DNA of 64,000 bases, taken from contig JALXCD010000067.1 of assembly GCA_026991135.1 (NCBI GenBank), forward strand, positions 532-64,531, given 5' to 3'. The translations under genes were made by a program, and so were the position numbers. Origin of the DNA: Deltaproteobacteria bacterium (GTDB taxonomy: Bacteria; Desulfobacterota; Dissulfuribacteria; Dissulfuribacterales; QOAL01). Below are positions 38,550-49,164 of the stretch, in pieces. Position 1 is the first letter of the stretch. Every line of letters starts with the position of its first letter. Under the pieces are notes generated by a model, which worked only from the letters and a program-made list of their open reading frames with translations, searched no databases and was not told the DNA's origin.

Positions 38550-39851
38550 TTATGCAAGAACTTTGAATGACAATTCATTTACTTCCAATGCCCATTCAAT
38601 ATCATCAATGCTGTGGGCCATGGATACAAAGGCAGCCTCAAACTGTGATGGTGCCAAATAAACGCCATTCTTTAACATCTGTCTGAAATATTTTCCGTAA
38701 AATTCTGTATCTGCATTCATTGCATCTGAAAAATTTGAGATCTTCCCGTTAACCCCAAAAAAACAGGTCATCATGGAGGAGATATTTTGAATGGTGCATT
38801 TGATTCCGTATTTTTTTGCAATGTTGGTGAGTTCACCCACCATATAGTCCATTTTTTCCTTAAGGCTTTCATAGGTGCCTGGCCTTTTAAGAATCTCCAG
38901 TGTTTTAATGCCTGCTGCAGTTGCCAAAGGATTTCCAGATAAAGTTCCTGCCTGATAAACAGGTCCATCAGGTGCGATATGATCCATTATTTCTGCCTTT
39001 CCACCATAGGCCCCAACAGGAAGGCCTCCGCCAATTATCTTTCCAAGGCAGGTTAAATCCGGCATGACGTCAAAATATTCCTGAGCCCCTCCAAGGCTCA
39101 GACGAAAGCCGGTTATTACCTCGTCAAATATGAGTATTATTCCCTTTTCCTGAGTTATTTTTCTGAGATAAGGTAGAAAGTCATCTTCTGGCAGGACAAC
39201 CCCCATATTGGCAGGAACCGGTTCCACAATCACTGCTGCAATGTCCTTTCCTTCCCTGTCTATGGCCTCATCGAGGGCCTTTTTGTCATTAAAGGGGATG
39301 GCGATTGTATTTTGAACTATCTCTTCCGGCACTCCAGGGCTTCCTGGAATTCCTAAGGTGGCAATACCAGAGCCTGCCTTTACAAGAAAGGAATCTGCAT
39401 GGCCATGATAGCAGCCGTCAAATTTCACAATCTTCTTTTTGCCCGTAAAGCCCCTTGCAAGCCTAATTGCGCTCATGGTGGCCTCGGTGCCCGAATTTAC
39501 AAGGCGCACCTTTTCAATGGAAGGAACAAGCTCCACAATCATCTGGGCAAGCTTTACCTCGCGCCAGGTGGGAATGCCAAAGCTTGTACCCCCTTCAAGG
39601 GCCTCCTTGACTGCCGAGACCACCTCAGGGTGGCTGTGTCCCAGTATAAGGGGACCCCAGGAGCAGACAAAATCAAGGTATGAATTTCCGTCAACATCAA
39701 ATATCCAGCTACCCTGTCCAGATTCTACAAAAATTGGGTCACATCCTACTGATTTGCAGGCACGAACAGGGCTGTTAACTCCTCCAGGTATAACTTCCTT
39801 GGCCTTTTTAAAAAAGCTCCCTGAAAGAATATTTTTTTGCATGTCTTTCAA
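38550..39851 (-). CDS. hemL: glutamate-1-semialdehyde 2,1-aminomutase
   Basis: 'GGVNSPVRA', 'VNSGTEATMSAIRLARG', 'FDEVITGFR' and 'LGKIIGGGLPVGAYGG' (PLP Lys). Confidence 0.95.
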   Translation of the reverse strand: MKDMQKNILSGSFFKKAKEVIPGGVNSPVRACKSVGCDPIFVESGQGSWIFDVDGNSYLDFVCSWGPLILGHSHPEVVSAVKEALEGGTSFGIPTWREVKLAQMIVELVPSIEKVRLVNSGTEATMSAIRLARGFTGKKKIVKFDGCYHGHADSFLVKAGSGIATLGIPGSPGVPEEIVQNTIAIPFNDKKALDEAIDREGKDIAAVIVEPVPANMGVVLPEDDFLPYLRKITQEKGIILIFDEVITGFRLSLGGAQEYFDVMPDLTCLGKIIGGGLPVGAYGGKAEIMDHIAPDGPVYQAGTLSGNPLATAAGIKTLEILKRPGTYESLKEKMDYMVGELTNIAKKYGIKCTIQNISSMMTCFFGVNGKISNFSDAMNADTEFYGKYFRQMLKNGVYLAPSQFEAAFVSMAHSIDDIEWALEVNELSFKVLA

Positions 39852-39913
39852 TCTCCCTATTTTGAGTTATTTTGTAAGAAAACTTTGATGAAACAATTTA
39901 CCCTGATAACAAA

Positions 39914-41008
39914 TTGAATTTCAAGAAAAGAATTATCGGCTCTGTCCTTTTGGGTCTTTGCTCCATTTTTTTACTCCCCCTTTTGGGTATCTATCTAAAA
40001 TCAGAGCCCCTTGGGCCTTATCTTGAATTTCCTCCCCTAACCCACCATGTCATCCATGCCAAAAATTCCCTTTTGGCCTTTTGTCTTGGGGCATTGATTA
40101 TATTTTTGTGTCTTTTGCCCTTTTTAAGGGCATTCTACAAAAATCCCTTGAGGATGAAAAAGGGGCATGAAAAAGGAAAATTTCCCATTTGGGCCTATTT
40201 TGGCCTGATGCTCATGTTCTTTTCATGGGTAGTTTCCTGGGGATATTTAAAAAGGCTCAATATCCTTAGGCCCTATTCCTTTACACCACTTTGGCTCGGT
40301 TTTATCCTTTTTATCAATGGCCTTGGAGAATATCTTACAAGAGAAAGCCTTTTTTCAAAAAATTTAAAGGGAGCCCTTTTGCTCTTCCCCCTAAGCGCCC
40401 TTTTTTGGTGGTATTTTGAATATCTGAATAGATTTGTACAAAACTGGTATTATATAGGTGTTGAGGGCTTTTCTCCCCTAAAATACACTATTATTGCCTC
40501 TTTTTCCTTTTCCACAGTGCTTCCTGCAGTTATGTCAGTAAGCCTTGTTCTCTGGAGGCTTTTTGATTTTAAGGGCCCCTTTTCAAAGGGGCCTGTTATT
40601 TCTTTTCCTTATTCAAGGCACATGTCCATGTTTTTCCTCGTCTTTTTTGGTCTTGGCTTTGCGTTAATCGGATATTTCCCGGATTATCTTTTCCCTCTTC
40701 TTTGGGTTTCTCCACTTGTAATTTTTTGTTCTTTCCAAGCTATTGCCGGTCAAAGGACTATATTTCATCCGGTAACCAAAGGGGACTGGTCCAGGATCGT
40801 ATGCTTTGCAATTAGTGGCCTTATTTGTGGTTTTTTTTGGGAGATGTGGAACTTTTATAGTTATCCCAAATGGATATATGAAATACCTTTTGTTGGGCAG
40901 TTCAAGGTCTTTGAAATGCCGATTTTGGGCTATTTCGGATACCTTCCCTTTGGGGTTGAATGTGCCGTAATTGCCCAGTTGGTTCTCGGAAACAATTCTC
41001 TTAAATAA
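39914..41008 (+). CDS. conserved polytopic membrane protein, unknown function
   Basis: TTG start, 364 aa, about 9 TM helices. The C-terminal 'FWEMWNFYSYPKWIYEIPF...FEMPILGYFGYLPFGVE' looks like a conserved motif, but I cannot name the family. Confidence 0.5.
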   Translation: MNFKKRIIGSVLLGLCSIFLLPLLGIYLKSEPLGPYLEFPPLTHHVIHAKNSLLAFCLGALIIFLCLLPFLRAFYKNPLRMKKGHEKGKFPIWAYFGLMLMFFSWVVSWGYLKRLNILRPYSFTPLWLGFILFINGLGEYLTRESLFSKNLKGALLLFPLSALFWWYFEYLNRFVQNWYYIGVEGFSPLKYTIIASFSFSTVLPAVMSVSLVLWRLFDFKGPFSKGPVISFPYSRHMSMFFLVFFGLGFALIGYFPDYLFPLLWVSPLVIFCSFQAIAGQRTIFHPVTKGDWSRIVCFAISGLICGFFWEMWNFYSYPKWIYEIPFVGQFKVFEMPILGYFGYLPFGVECAVIAQLVLGNNSLK

Positions 41009-41021
41009 AAAGGAGGGGGCT

Positions 41022-42047
41022 ATGGGTAAATATCATTTCAAGAACCTGGTATTTGAGGGCGGTGGTGTAAAGGGTATAGGCTATGTAGGAGCACTAGAGG
41101 CCCTTTCTGAAAAAGGCATTTTAAATGACATTATAAGGGTTGGAGGCACCTCTGCCGGAGCCATAACTGCCATATTGGTTGGGTTAAATTATTCCATAGA
41201 TGAAATAAGGGAGATACTTTGGAACCTTGATTTTAGAAGGTTTCTTGATGATAGCAAAGGTTTTTTGAGGGACACGGAAAGGCTACTTACTGAATTTGGC
41301 TGGTATAAAGGGAACTATTTCAGAAACTGGATAGGAAATCTTATAGAAAAAAAGACAGGAAACAGTGAGTCCACATTTTCAGACGTATATCATCTAAAAA
41401 AGAAAAAGGGGTTTAAGGATATCTATCTCATTGGCACAAATCTATCCACTAAGTTTTCAGAGATATTTTCAAACGAACATACGCCCAGAATGTGCATTGC
41501 TGATGCAGCAAGGATTTCCATGTCTATCCCTCTATTTTTCCGTGCAATTAGAAGTACAAGGGGAGACGTCTATGTGGATGGAGGCCTTTTGAGGAATTAC
41601 CCAGTAAAACTCTTTGACAGGAGAAAATACGTGAAGGGTAAAAATGCTAGAAAGACCGACTATTACGAAAGGATAAATAAAAGGCTTTCAAAGATTGAAA
41701 GGCCCATCTCAAAATATGTGTATAACAAGGAAACCCTGGGATTCAGGCTCGATACGAAAGAGGAAATCTCTCTTTTTAGAGATCATGCAGAACCTAAGCA
41801 TCGAGAAATAGGCAACTTTTTTGATTATTGCAAGGCCCTTATCTTTACAGTTATGGACAGCCAGGAAAATTCCCATCTTCACAGTGATGACTGGCAAAGG
41901 ACCATCTACATAGACACCCTGGGCGTAGGAACAACAGATTTTGATATTTCGGATAAACAAAAGAAGGCCCTTGTGGAATCGGGGAAAAAGGGTGTCAAAG
42001 ATTATTTTGATTGGTATGATAATGCTCAGGACGCCCTAAACAAGTAA
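41022..42047 (+). CDS. patatin-like phospholipase
   Basis: 'FEGGGVKG' oxyanion motif, 'GTSAGA' (GxSxG nucleophile) and a 'DGG' Asp motif. ATG at 41022 follows the SD AGGAGGGGG; the track ORF begins at 40971. Confidence 0.85.
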   Translation: MGKYHFKNLVFEGGGVKGIGYVGALEALSEKGILNDIIRVGGTSAGAITAILVGLNYSIDEIREILWNLDFRRFLDDSKGFLRDTERLLTEFGWYKGNYFRNWIGNLIEKKTGNSESTFSDVYHLKKKKGFKDIYLIGTNLSTKFSEIFSNEHTPRMCIADAARISMSIPLFFRAIRSTRGDVYVDGGLLRNYPVKLFDRRKYVKGKNARKTDYYERINKRLSKIERPISKYVYNKETLGFRLDTKEEISLFRDHAEPKHREIGNFFDYCKALIFTVMDSQENSHLHSDDWQRTIYIDTLGVGTTDFDISDKQKKALVESGKKGVKDYFDWYDNAQDALNK

Positions 42048-42084
42048 GTCACTTCTGTTTTTTTAAAAGCTGGTGGAGGTGGAT

Positions 42085-42861
42085 ATGTATAAAAAATATA
42101 CTTTTTTCTTGGCCCTTTTCTTTCTTTGTTTTTTCGTAAATCCAATAGCTTATGCCTCAAATAATGGTTCGGCTAAGGAGTCTTTAATAAAAATGGCCCA
42201 AAAGATAGCCAATTTGAAAAGTTTTTCAGTGTCTCTCAGAATGGGCTACGATGTTTTACAAGATAACGGTGAAAAGATTGAGTTTAATGAGATTAGAGAA
42301 TTAAAGATAAAAAGGCCATCATTTATAAGGGTCTCTGCAACGAGAAGCGATGGAGAACAGGTTGGTCTCTTTTATGACGGTAAGGTCATGACCCAGTTTA
42401 ATTTGAATGAGAAGGTCTATGCCCAGCTTGAGAAGAAAATGGATCTGGATTCTTTTATTCACTATGCAGTTTCAACCTTAAAGATAAGAGTCCCTCTTGC
42501 AAGAATGCTTGTTTCTACCTTTCCTTCAGATTTAAAGAGGCTTTGTAAAAAAGCAGATTTTGTTGAAAGGGATGTGGTTGTGGCAGATGTGCCTACAAAT
42601 CATTATGCAGGCCGCACAGAGGATGTGGATTTCCAAGTCTGGATAGCCGATGATAATTTGCCCAGACGCCTTATAATCACATATAAAAAGGAAGATGGAC
42701 AGCCGCAATTTTGGGCCGATTTTAAAAAATGGGATATTAATCCCAAGTTTTCCAAGAGGGAATTTGTATTTAAGCCCCAAAGAGACATGGAAAAGATTCC
42801 TATTTTGATTCCTGTTGAAGATAAAGGAAAAAGGATGGAGGAAAAAGATCATGTTAAATAG
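42085..42861 (+). CDS. periplasmic LolA-fold-like protein (DUF2092-like)
   Basis: Signal peptide 'FFLALFFLCFFVNPIAYA'. The beta-rich body resembles DUF2092 by my recollection only. ATG at 42085 follows the SD GGAGGTG. Confidence 0.45.
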   Translation: MYKKYTFFLALFFLCFFVNPIAYASNNGSAKESLIKMAQKIANLKSFSVSLRMGYDVLQDNGEKIEFNEIRELKIKRPSFIRVSATRSDGEQVGLFYDGKVMTQFNLNEKVYAQLEKKMDLDSFIHYAVSTLKIRVPLARMLVSTFPSDLKRLCKKADFVERDVVVADVPTNHYAGRTEDVDFQVWIADDNLPRRLIITYKKEDGQPQFWADFKKWDINPKFSKREFVFKPQRDMEKIPILIPVEDKGKRMEEKDHVK

Positions 42862-43663
42862 AAATGGTCTAATTTTTTTGACAATAATGGTCTTTTTGGC
42901 TGTTTCTTTTTGGGATTTATCTTATGGAAGAAGGTTGGGAAGAGGAGGAAGAAGTTTTTCAAGGTCAGGTGTTGCAAGTAGAGGCGGTTTTTCAGGAAGG
43001 CGAGTCCAACGCCCTCGAAGGCAATACAGGGCCCCAGCAAATAGACAGGCCCGTTTTACTCCAAGGAGCCAGAGTAGGCCAGTGGCTCAAAGGCCTCAAA
43101 ATTATCAACGTCCACAAAATGTTCAAAGTCAAAACAGGATTCAGAGAGGCTCAAATAGAATGGCTACAGGCTCACAAAATAGAATAAGCCCTGAAAAAAG
43201 ACAACAGATAGCACAAAATAAAGGGAATCTTGAAGATAGACAGGAATGGAGAGATAAGAACAGGGAAGACATCCAAAATGAAAGAAGAGAGCGCCAGGAA
43301 AAGAGGCAGGAATTTGCAAAGGACAGGCAGGAAGACAGGCAGGATTTTATTGAAGATATCCACGATGATCATCATGACTGGGACGATCACTGGGATGGCG
43401 ATGGTGGAGAGTTTGTGGCAGGTGTAATTGTCGGTGGTGTGGTAGTAGGTGCAGTGGCAGCAGCAAATGCCAATGATCAATATGATCAGCCACAAGTGGT
43501 CTATAATAACACTACTACCTATGTTACTACCTTGCCATGTCACCCTAAAGAGGTAAAAGTAAACGGAGTGACCTATTTCAATTGCGGCAGCGACTGGTAT
43601 CAAAGAACCTATGCAGGAAGCGAGATTACCTTCATTCCCGTAAGCCCACCGCCTGGTTATTAG
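42851..43663 (+). CDS. secreted/membrane-anchored low-complexity Arg/Gln-rich protein with a Cys-containing C-terminal domain
   Basis: N-terminal TM/signal 'LIFLTIMVFLAVSFW', then a roughly 150-aa R/Q/S-rich region, an acidic His/Asp block ('HDDHHDWDDHWDGDGGE'), a Gly/Val/Ala hydrophobic stretch, and finally 'LPCHPKEVKVNGVTYFNCGSDWYQRTY'. Confidence 0.5.
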   Translation: MLNRNGLIFLTIMVFLAVSFWDLSYGRRLGRGGRSFSRSGVASRGGFSGRRVQRPRRQYRAPANRQARFTPRSQSRPVAQRPQNYQRPQNVQSQNRIQRGSNRMATGSQNRISPEKRQQIAQNKGNLEDRQEWRDKNREDIQNERRERQEKRQEFAKDRQEDRQDFIEDIHDDHHDWDDHWDGDGGEFVAGVIVGGVVVGAVAAANANDQYDQPQVVYNNTTTYVTTLPCHPKEVKVNGVTYFNCGSDWYQRTYAGSEITFIPVSPPPGY

Positions 43664-43693
43664 GAATAGTATTCTACATGTTCAATAACAGCG

Positions 43694-45211
43694 TTAAGGT
43701 GAACATTTCTTGACGCTTCCGCCCCTTCTTGGATCCCCTGCCCCTTCTTTGAAGGGCTCAACCGCATGGACACCTCCAAAATATACGTCTATCTCATCCC
43801 ATAAGTTTACTGGGCCAAGGGTCTTTAGGGCATTAATACCTTCGTCTGGGTAGCCAGGCTCAATCTGGAAAATCTGACCGTCCCAATGGATACGAGGGGC
43901 ATAAACGGCCTCCTTGATGGACATGTTGAAATCCAGATAATTTATAAGTACCTGTGTCATGGCAGTCCTTATCCTCTTGCTTCCTCCGCTTCCAAGGACA
44001 AGCCTAACCCTTTCATCTTTTAGAAGAAGAGAAGGGGCCATCATGGAACCTACCCTTACCCCTGGCGGCGAGGAATGAAAGCCTTCGGGATGGAGGTCAT
44101 CTTCTCCCATCATATTATTCAGCATGATGCCAGTATCCGGTGCAAAATAGCCGGAGCCCTCCCCGTTTGAGGTGGTCATGCTGGCAACATTCCCTTCACT
44201 GTCGCAGATGCTTATGTGGGTTGTCCCCTTTGAGAAAAGCCTTTTTATTCTTGAAAGATTTTCCATGGCCCAGAAAAGCTTTCCATCTATATCTGATTTT
44301 AAAAGAAGGGGCCTTGCATCCTCAATGAGCCGGAAAAGACTAGCGAGCCCTCTTGTATAAGGGCCGTCTCCCCATCTGTTTTCTTTAAAGGAGATATTGT
44401 TCAATATGGTAAGGGTGACGGTTAAAAGGGGTCCGCCAAAGGAAGGGTAGCCATTTATAAGTACCCTGTGGCCCTTATAGTCAACAGAAAGAGGTTTTCT
44501 TTCATGGACTTTGTAGGATTTAAGGTCTTCAAGGGTCAAATAGCCGCCGTCCTCTTCCATGTCTTTTACGATTTTTTTGGCTATTTCCCCTTCATAGAAT
44601 AATTTGTCCCCTTCTTTAATAAGCTCCCGTAAAAAAGCCCCCAGTTTTTTGTTAGAGATTTTATCGCCCTTTTTGCAGAATTTTCCACTTACAGAATATA
44701 TGTCTTTCCCGTCCTGGCTGTATGTCATGATTGGTTTTAGAAGTGTCAAGAAATAGGCCTGATGCTCATTAAGCTCCACGCCCTTTTCGCAATAGTTTAT
44801 TGCAGGCTCAAGGACCGTCTTTAAAGGGAGCCTACCAAGCCTTTTGTGGACATGAAGATATCCCTTGAGGGTTCCAGGAACGGCAACAGAGCCCAGACCG
44901 ATATTGAATATTTGGTCAGACCCAGGAAATTTGACGGTGATAGGAAAAAAATGGGGTTCAAGCTCCTTTTTTAGGCCCTTTCCAGGTGTATCAACAAAGA
45001 AATCAAAAAGCGTTGTTTCCCCCGATGCGGTACGGGCCAAGAGAAAGCCCCCTCCGCCAAGGCTTGTAAGGTTTGGCTCGCAAAAGGAACTTGCAAAACC
45101 TGCTGCCACCACTGCATCAAAGGCATTTCCTCCAAGCTCCATTATGTTGCAGGCTGCTATTGAAACAAGTGGATGGCCGGATGCCACTATGGCCTTTTTT
45201 TTCATCGCCAA
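43694..45211 (-). CDS. ggt: gamma-glutamyltranspeptidase family protein
   Basis: Autoprocessing/nucleophile region 'SKGTTHISICDSEGNVASMTTSNG' and 'GSGGSKRI'. Confidence 0.85.
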   Translation of the reverse strand: MAMKKKAIVASGHPLVSIAACNIMELGGNAFDAVVAAGFASSFCEPNLTSLGGGGFLLARTASGETTLFDFFVDTPGKGLKKELEPHFFPITVKFPGSDQIFNIGLGSVAVPGTLKGYLHVHKRLGRLPLKTVLEPAINYCEKGVELNEHQAYFLTLLKPIMTYSQDGKDIYSVSGKFCKKGDKISNKKLGAFLRELIKEGDKLFYEGEIAKKIVKDMEEDGGYLTLEDLKSYKVHERKPLSVDYKGHRVLINGYPSFGGPLLTVTLTILNNISFKENRWGDGPYTRGLASLFRLIEDARPLLLKSDIDGKLFWAMENLSRIKRLFSKGTTHISICDSEGNVASMTTSNGEGSGYFAPDTGIMLNNMMGEDDLHPEGFHSSPPGVRVGSMMAPSLLLKDERVRLVLGSGGSKRIRTAMTQVLINYLDFNMSIKEAVYAPRIHWDGQIFQIEPGYPDEGINALKTLGPVNLWDEIDVYFGGVHAVEPFKEGAGDPRRGGSVKKCSP

Positions 45212-46311
45212 AACTCCTTTGAAATCTTCTTGATCATTTGGGGGAAATCGCTCTCTTGTTCCAGGACCTTTCTTTGAACAGTCGCACTGCAGCCACGTTT
45301 GATCATGTTTTGAATGATGATGAGATAGTCTTCTGCACCGAATTCTATAAAAATACCTTTAAGTTGTTCCAAAAGGTCAAAAAGGGCCTTGCGAATTGTT
45401 TCTTTTTCAAGGTTAAATGGGCTTACAAAGGTGCCGTCAAGCCCGTATCTTACAGCATTCCATTTGTTGTTTAAAAGTATACTTCTATGAACGGCTCTAC
45501 TTATTCCTTTATTACTATAGACGTATCTTACAAGGCAAAGTATGAGTGCAACTGTGGCCATGATCTCATTAAAATTAATAGGCACATCGCATATCCTGAT
45601 TTCAACTGTTCCAAACAAAGGATGAGGTCTAACATCCCACCATATATCCCTTGATGACTTTATTATACCGGCCTGAAAAAGAAGATTTGCAAGTACTTGG
45701 AAGTTTTCCCAGTCAACAAGAGGGTCAGGGATTCCCGATCGGGGAAGGGCATCAAAAAGCTTTGATCTGAAGGAGCAAAGACCAGTATCTTCACCTTCAA
45801 AAAAGGGAGAAGAGGCGGTAAGGCCAAGGAGCAAAGGCAGATAGGTCCTGATCTTATCTACTACTTCTATAGCCCTGTCAGGATCATCAATTCCAATGTG
45901 GCAGTGAAGTCCTTGAGTAATAAGCCTTCTTCCAACTATTTGAAATTCGTCCATCAGTCGATGATATCTTTCATCATTGGAAAGGCGTTGGTCTTTACAC
46001 CTGGAAAAAGGATGAAGGCTTGATGAAAAAAGGATATATCCAAGTTCATGTGCTCTTTTTTCAAGATGCTTTATCCCTTCTTTTAAATCTTTTCGGACCT
46101 CATAAAGTGAGTTACAGGCCCTTGTTGTCACCTCCAGCATGGATTTTATGAATTCAGGTTTTATCCTGTCTTTGTAGTCTTGACTGATGGATTTCAATAT
46201 CTCTGGCCCTGCCGGGGATAAATTCATTGTTTTTGGGTCAAGGATCTGTAGCTCTACCTCTACTCCAATTGTAAAAAGGGGGCTTTTTTTAAAGGAAGGG
46301 TAATACTCCAT
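45202..46311 (-). CDS. carboxylate-amine ligase (YbdK/GCS2 family)
   Basis: 'FTIGVEVELQILD', 'GLHCHIGI' and 'WWDVRPHPLFGTVEIRICD' are typical GCS2 motifs. The stop overlaps the ggt start by 10 nt. Confidence 0.85.
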   Translation of the reverse strand: MEYYPSFKKSPLFTIGVEVELQILDPKTMNLSPAGPEILKSISQDYKDRIKPEFIKSMLEVTTRACNSLYEVRKDLKEGIKHLEKRAHELGYILFSSSLHPFSRCKDQRLSNDERYHRLMDEFQIVGRRLITQGLHCHIGIDDPDRAIEVVDKIRTYLPLLLGLTASSPFFEGEDTGLCSFRSKLFDALPRSGIPDPLVDWENFQVLANLLFQAGIIKSSRDIWWDVRPHPLFGTVEIRICDVPINFNEIMATVALILCLVRYVYSNKGISRAVHRSILLNNKWNAVRYGLDGTFVSPFNLEKETIRKALFDLLEQLKGIFIEFGAEDYLIIIQNMIKRGCSATVQRKVLEQESDFPQMIKKISKEFWR

Positions 46312-46320
46312 AAAGGAAAA

Positions 46321-47511
46321 TTATTTCTTAAGAGCCATTAAAGCAACATTTTTAAAAAAATTCGCTCCTATTTCAAGGACATCTTCATTAAAGTTGAATT
46401 TTGCACTGTGTGCGGGAATATTTTCCTGGCCCTCAATAAGTGCGCCAAATCTCACAAAGCATCCAGGCACCTTTTCCAAATAATAGGAAAAGTCTTCACC
46501 GCCAAGGCTTGGGGGCATGTCTGATACAATCTTTTTTATTCCTGGGGTGGACCTTGCTGCTTCCTTGGCTATCTCTGTGGCTTCCTTGTCATTGATTACC
46601 GGTGGGTAGCTGTCAATAAACTCAAGATTTACCTGGGCATTAAAGGAGCTAACGAATGATTCAACAAGGGTCCTGAATCGTTTTAATACCTTTTTTCGTA
46701 TTTCAGGATGAGTAGTCCTCACCGTCCCGTAAAGGGTTGCACGACCGGCTATGATATTGTTGGCAGAGCCAGCATTTATTTTGCCAATTGATATTACGCT
46801 CGGATATGTAGGGTTAAGCTCCCTTGTTACCAGAGACTGGATGGCAGTCACAAGATGGGCAGAAATTACTATGCTGTCAATGGCCTCGTAGGGTCTGGCC
46901 GCATGTCCATCCTTTCCAAAGATTTCAATCCTAAAAGAATCCGCAAAGGCGCAGATGAGCCCGTCCTGGACAACCACTTCGCCAACCCGGTAGTGCCTGT
47001 CAATGTGGCCTCCAAAGATATAGCTTACATCTTGAAGAGCTCCTTCTTTAATCATATATATAGCCCCACCAAGGCTTTCTTCAGCAGGCTGAAAGATAAA
47101 CCGGACCCTGCCGTCGATTTTATCCTCCATTTGCTTTAATAGGGAACAGGCCCCAAGCGCCATTGCCATGTGCCCATCATGGCCGCAGGCATGCATTAGC
47201 CCAGGATGCCTGGATTTAAAGGGAAGACCGGTCTTTTCTTCAATCTTAAGGGCATCCATATCGGCCCTTATGGCAACACAAGGGCTGCCCTTGCCAATCT
47301 CGGCAATGATTCCAGTCTTGGCCACATTTGCCCTAAAGGAAATTCCAAGTTCCTTAAGGATCTTTTGTATGAATTTTGATGTCTTTTCCTCTTTGAAACC
47401 TGGCTCCGGGATTTTATGAAGGCTTCGCCTAAGTGATACAAGCCAGGCAGAAAAATCCGGGCGGGTTTCTTTTCTTTCGTCTTTCATGGTGGACTGCATT
47501 ATTGTTTTCAA
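46321..47511 (-). CDS. M20D family amidohydrolase (N-acyl-amino-acid/hippurate hydrolase-like)
   Basis: 'MHACGHDGHMAMALG' and 'FIFQPAEE' metal-binding motifs. Confidence 0.85.
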   Translation of the reverse strand: MKTIMQSTMKDERKETRPDFSAWLVSLRRSLHKIPEPGFKEEKTSKFIQKILKELGISFRANVAKTGIIAEIGKGSPCVAIRADMDALKIEEKTGLPFKSRHPGLMHACGHDGHMAMALGACSLLKQMEDKIDGRVRFIFQPAEESLGGAIYMIKEGALQDVSYIFGGHIDRHYRVGEVVVQDGLICAFADSFRIEIFGKDGHAARPYEAIDSIVISAHLVTAIQSLVTRELNPTYPSVISIGKINAGSANNIIAGRATLYGTVRTTHPEIRKKVLKRFRTLVESFVSSFNAQVNLEFIDSYPPVINDKEATEIAKEAARSTPGIKKIVSDMPPSLGGEDFSYYLEKVPGCFVRFGALIEGQENIPAHSAKFNFNEDVLEIGANFFKNVALMALKK

Positions 47512-47728
47512 TGGTTTTTATGTCAATGTGTATTCAGCCTCAATAGAATGAAAAATATAAATGGTTCATGGAGATTACTCTGGTAAATAATTCCGGGTTA
47601 ATTGAACTTTTTATCTAAAAAAGATAAAAATTTTTCACATTAAAATTAATATCATCACTTGCTTTCTTGAACCAGCTACCAAAAGGTGTTAGTTTCGAAC
47701 CAATTAAAATATATTCAGGGGAAAGGAT

Positions 47729-49162
47729 ATGGAGTTTGAGGCAGTTATTGGCCTGGAGGTCCACGTTCAGCTTAAAACAAAGAGCAAGATCTTCTGCTCA
47801 TGCTCCACGGAGTTTGGCGCACCTCCAAACACCCACACATGCCCGGTTTGTCTTGGGATGCCAGGGGTCCTTCCGGTTTTGAACAAAAAGGCCGTGGAAT
47901 ACGCCATGAAGATGGCCCTTGCCACAAATTGCAGGATAAACAGGACAAATGTCTTTGCCAGAAAGCATTACTTTTATCCTGACCTTCCAAAGGGTTATCA
48001 GATATCCCAGTATGAATTGCCCCTTGCAGAAAACGGCTGGATCGATGTGGAGGTTGACGGCAAAAGGAGGCGGATAAGGATAAACAGGATCCACATGGAG
48101 GATGATGCAGGAAAACTCATCCATGACGAGTCAAGGCCCGTAAGTTACGTGGATCTGAACAGAACAGGAACACCCCTTATAGAAATTGTAAGCGAACCAG
48201 ACATAAGGACACCGGAAGAGGCATCGAGCTATCTAAAAAAGATTCGCCAGATAGTCCGCTATTTAAAGATAAGCGACGGGAATATGGAGGAGGGAAGCCT
48301 TAGGTGCGATGCCAATATAAGTCTTAGGCCAAAGGGCCAGGAAGGGTTTGGCACAAAGGCAGAGCTTAAGAACATGAACTCCTTTAAGCACGTACAAAAG
48401 GCCCTTGAATACGAGATAAGGCGCCAGAGCGCCCTTATTCTTGACGGAAAGGAAATTGTCCAGGAAACAAGGCTCTTTGATGTGGCAAAGGGCGTTACCC
48501 ATTCCATGAGGGGAAAGGAAGAGGCCCACGACTACAGATATTTCCCTGATCCGGATCTTGTGCCAATAAGGGTTGATGACGACTGGTTGAAGGATGTTAA
48601 GGCCTCTTTGCCAGAGCTTCCTGATGAAAAAAGGGAGAGATTCGTAAAAGATTATGGAATCCCTGAATACGACGCAGGGGTCCTTACAGAAGGCATTGAC
48701 CTTGCATCCTATTTTGAAAGCTGTGTTGAACTTTATCCAAAGGCCAAAAAGGTCAGCAACTGGATCATGGTTGAGTTACTAAGGCTCCTTAAGCAGGAAA
48801 ACCAGGACATCCTTTCCTGCAAGGTAACTCCCAGGTCCCTGGCCGAGCTTTTGACCCTAATAGATGATGGCGTGATCAGCAATAAGATAGGGAAAAAGAT
48901 ACTCGAAGAGATATTTCATGAGGGCGGAAGCCCAAAAGAGATTGTTGAAAGGGAGGGCCTTTCCCAGGTTAGTGATGTTTCCGAGCTTTTGGCCATTGTT
49001 GAAAAGGTTGTAAGGGAAAACCCCAAGGAGGTTCAAAAATACAGGGCAGGCAAAAAGAAGGTCATGGGCTTTTTTGTAGGACAGGTCATGAGGGAGACCA
49101 GGGGCAAGGCAAACCCCAAGCTTGTAAACGAGCTTTTGCTAAAACTTCTTGAAAGTTCCTAA
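47729..49162 (+). CDS. gatB: Asp-tRNA(Asn)/Glu-tRNA(Gln) amidotransferase subunit B
   Basis: '[12 protein letters not shown]', '[15 protein letters not shown]' and 'HMEDDAGK', plus a C-terminal YqeY-like tail. Confidence 0.95.
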   Translation: MEFEAVIGLEVHVQLKTKSKIFCSCSTEFGAPPNTHTCPVCLGMPGVLPVLNKKAVEYAMKMALATNCRINRTNVFARKHYFYPDLPKGYQISQYELPLAENGWIDVEVDGKRRRIRINRIHMEDDAGKLIHDESRPVSYVDLNRTGTPLIEIVSEPDIRTPEEASSYLKKIRQIVRYLKISDGNMEEGSLRCDANISLRPKGQEGFGTKAELKNMNSFKHVQKALEYEIRRQSALILDGKEIVQETRLFDVAKGVTHSMRGKEEAHDYRYFPDPDLVPIRVDDDWLKDVKASLPELPDEKRERFVKDYGIPEYDAGVLTEGIDLASYFESCVELYPKAKKVSNWIMVELLRLLKQENQDILSCKVTPRSLAELLTLIDDGVISNKIGKKILEEIFHEGGSPKEIVEREGLSQVSDVSELLAIVEKVVRENPKEVQKYRAGKKKVMGFFVGQVMRETRGKANPKLVNELLLKLLESS

Positions 49163-49164
49163 AG

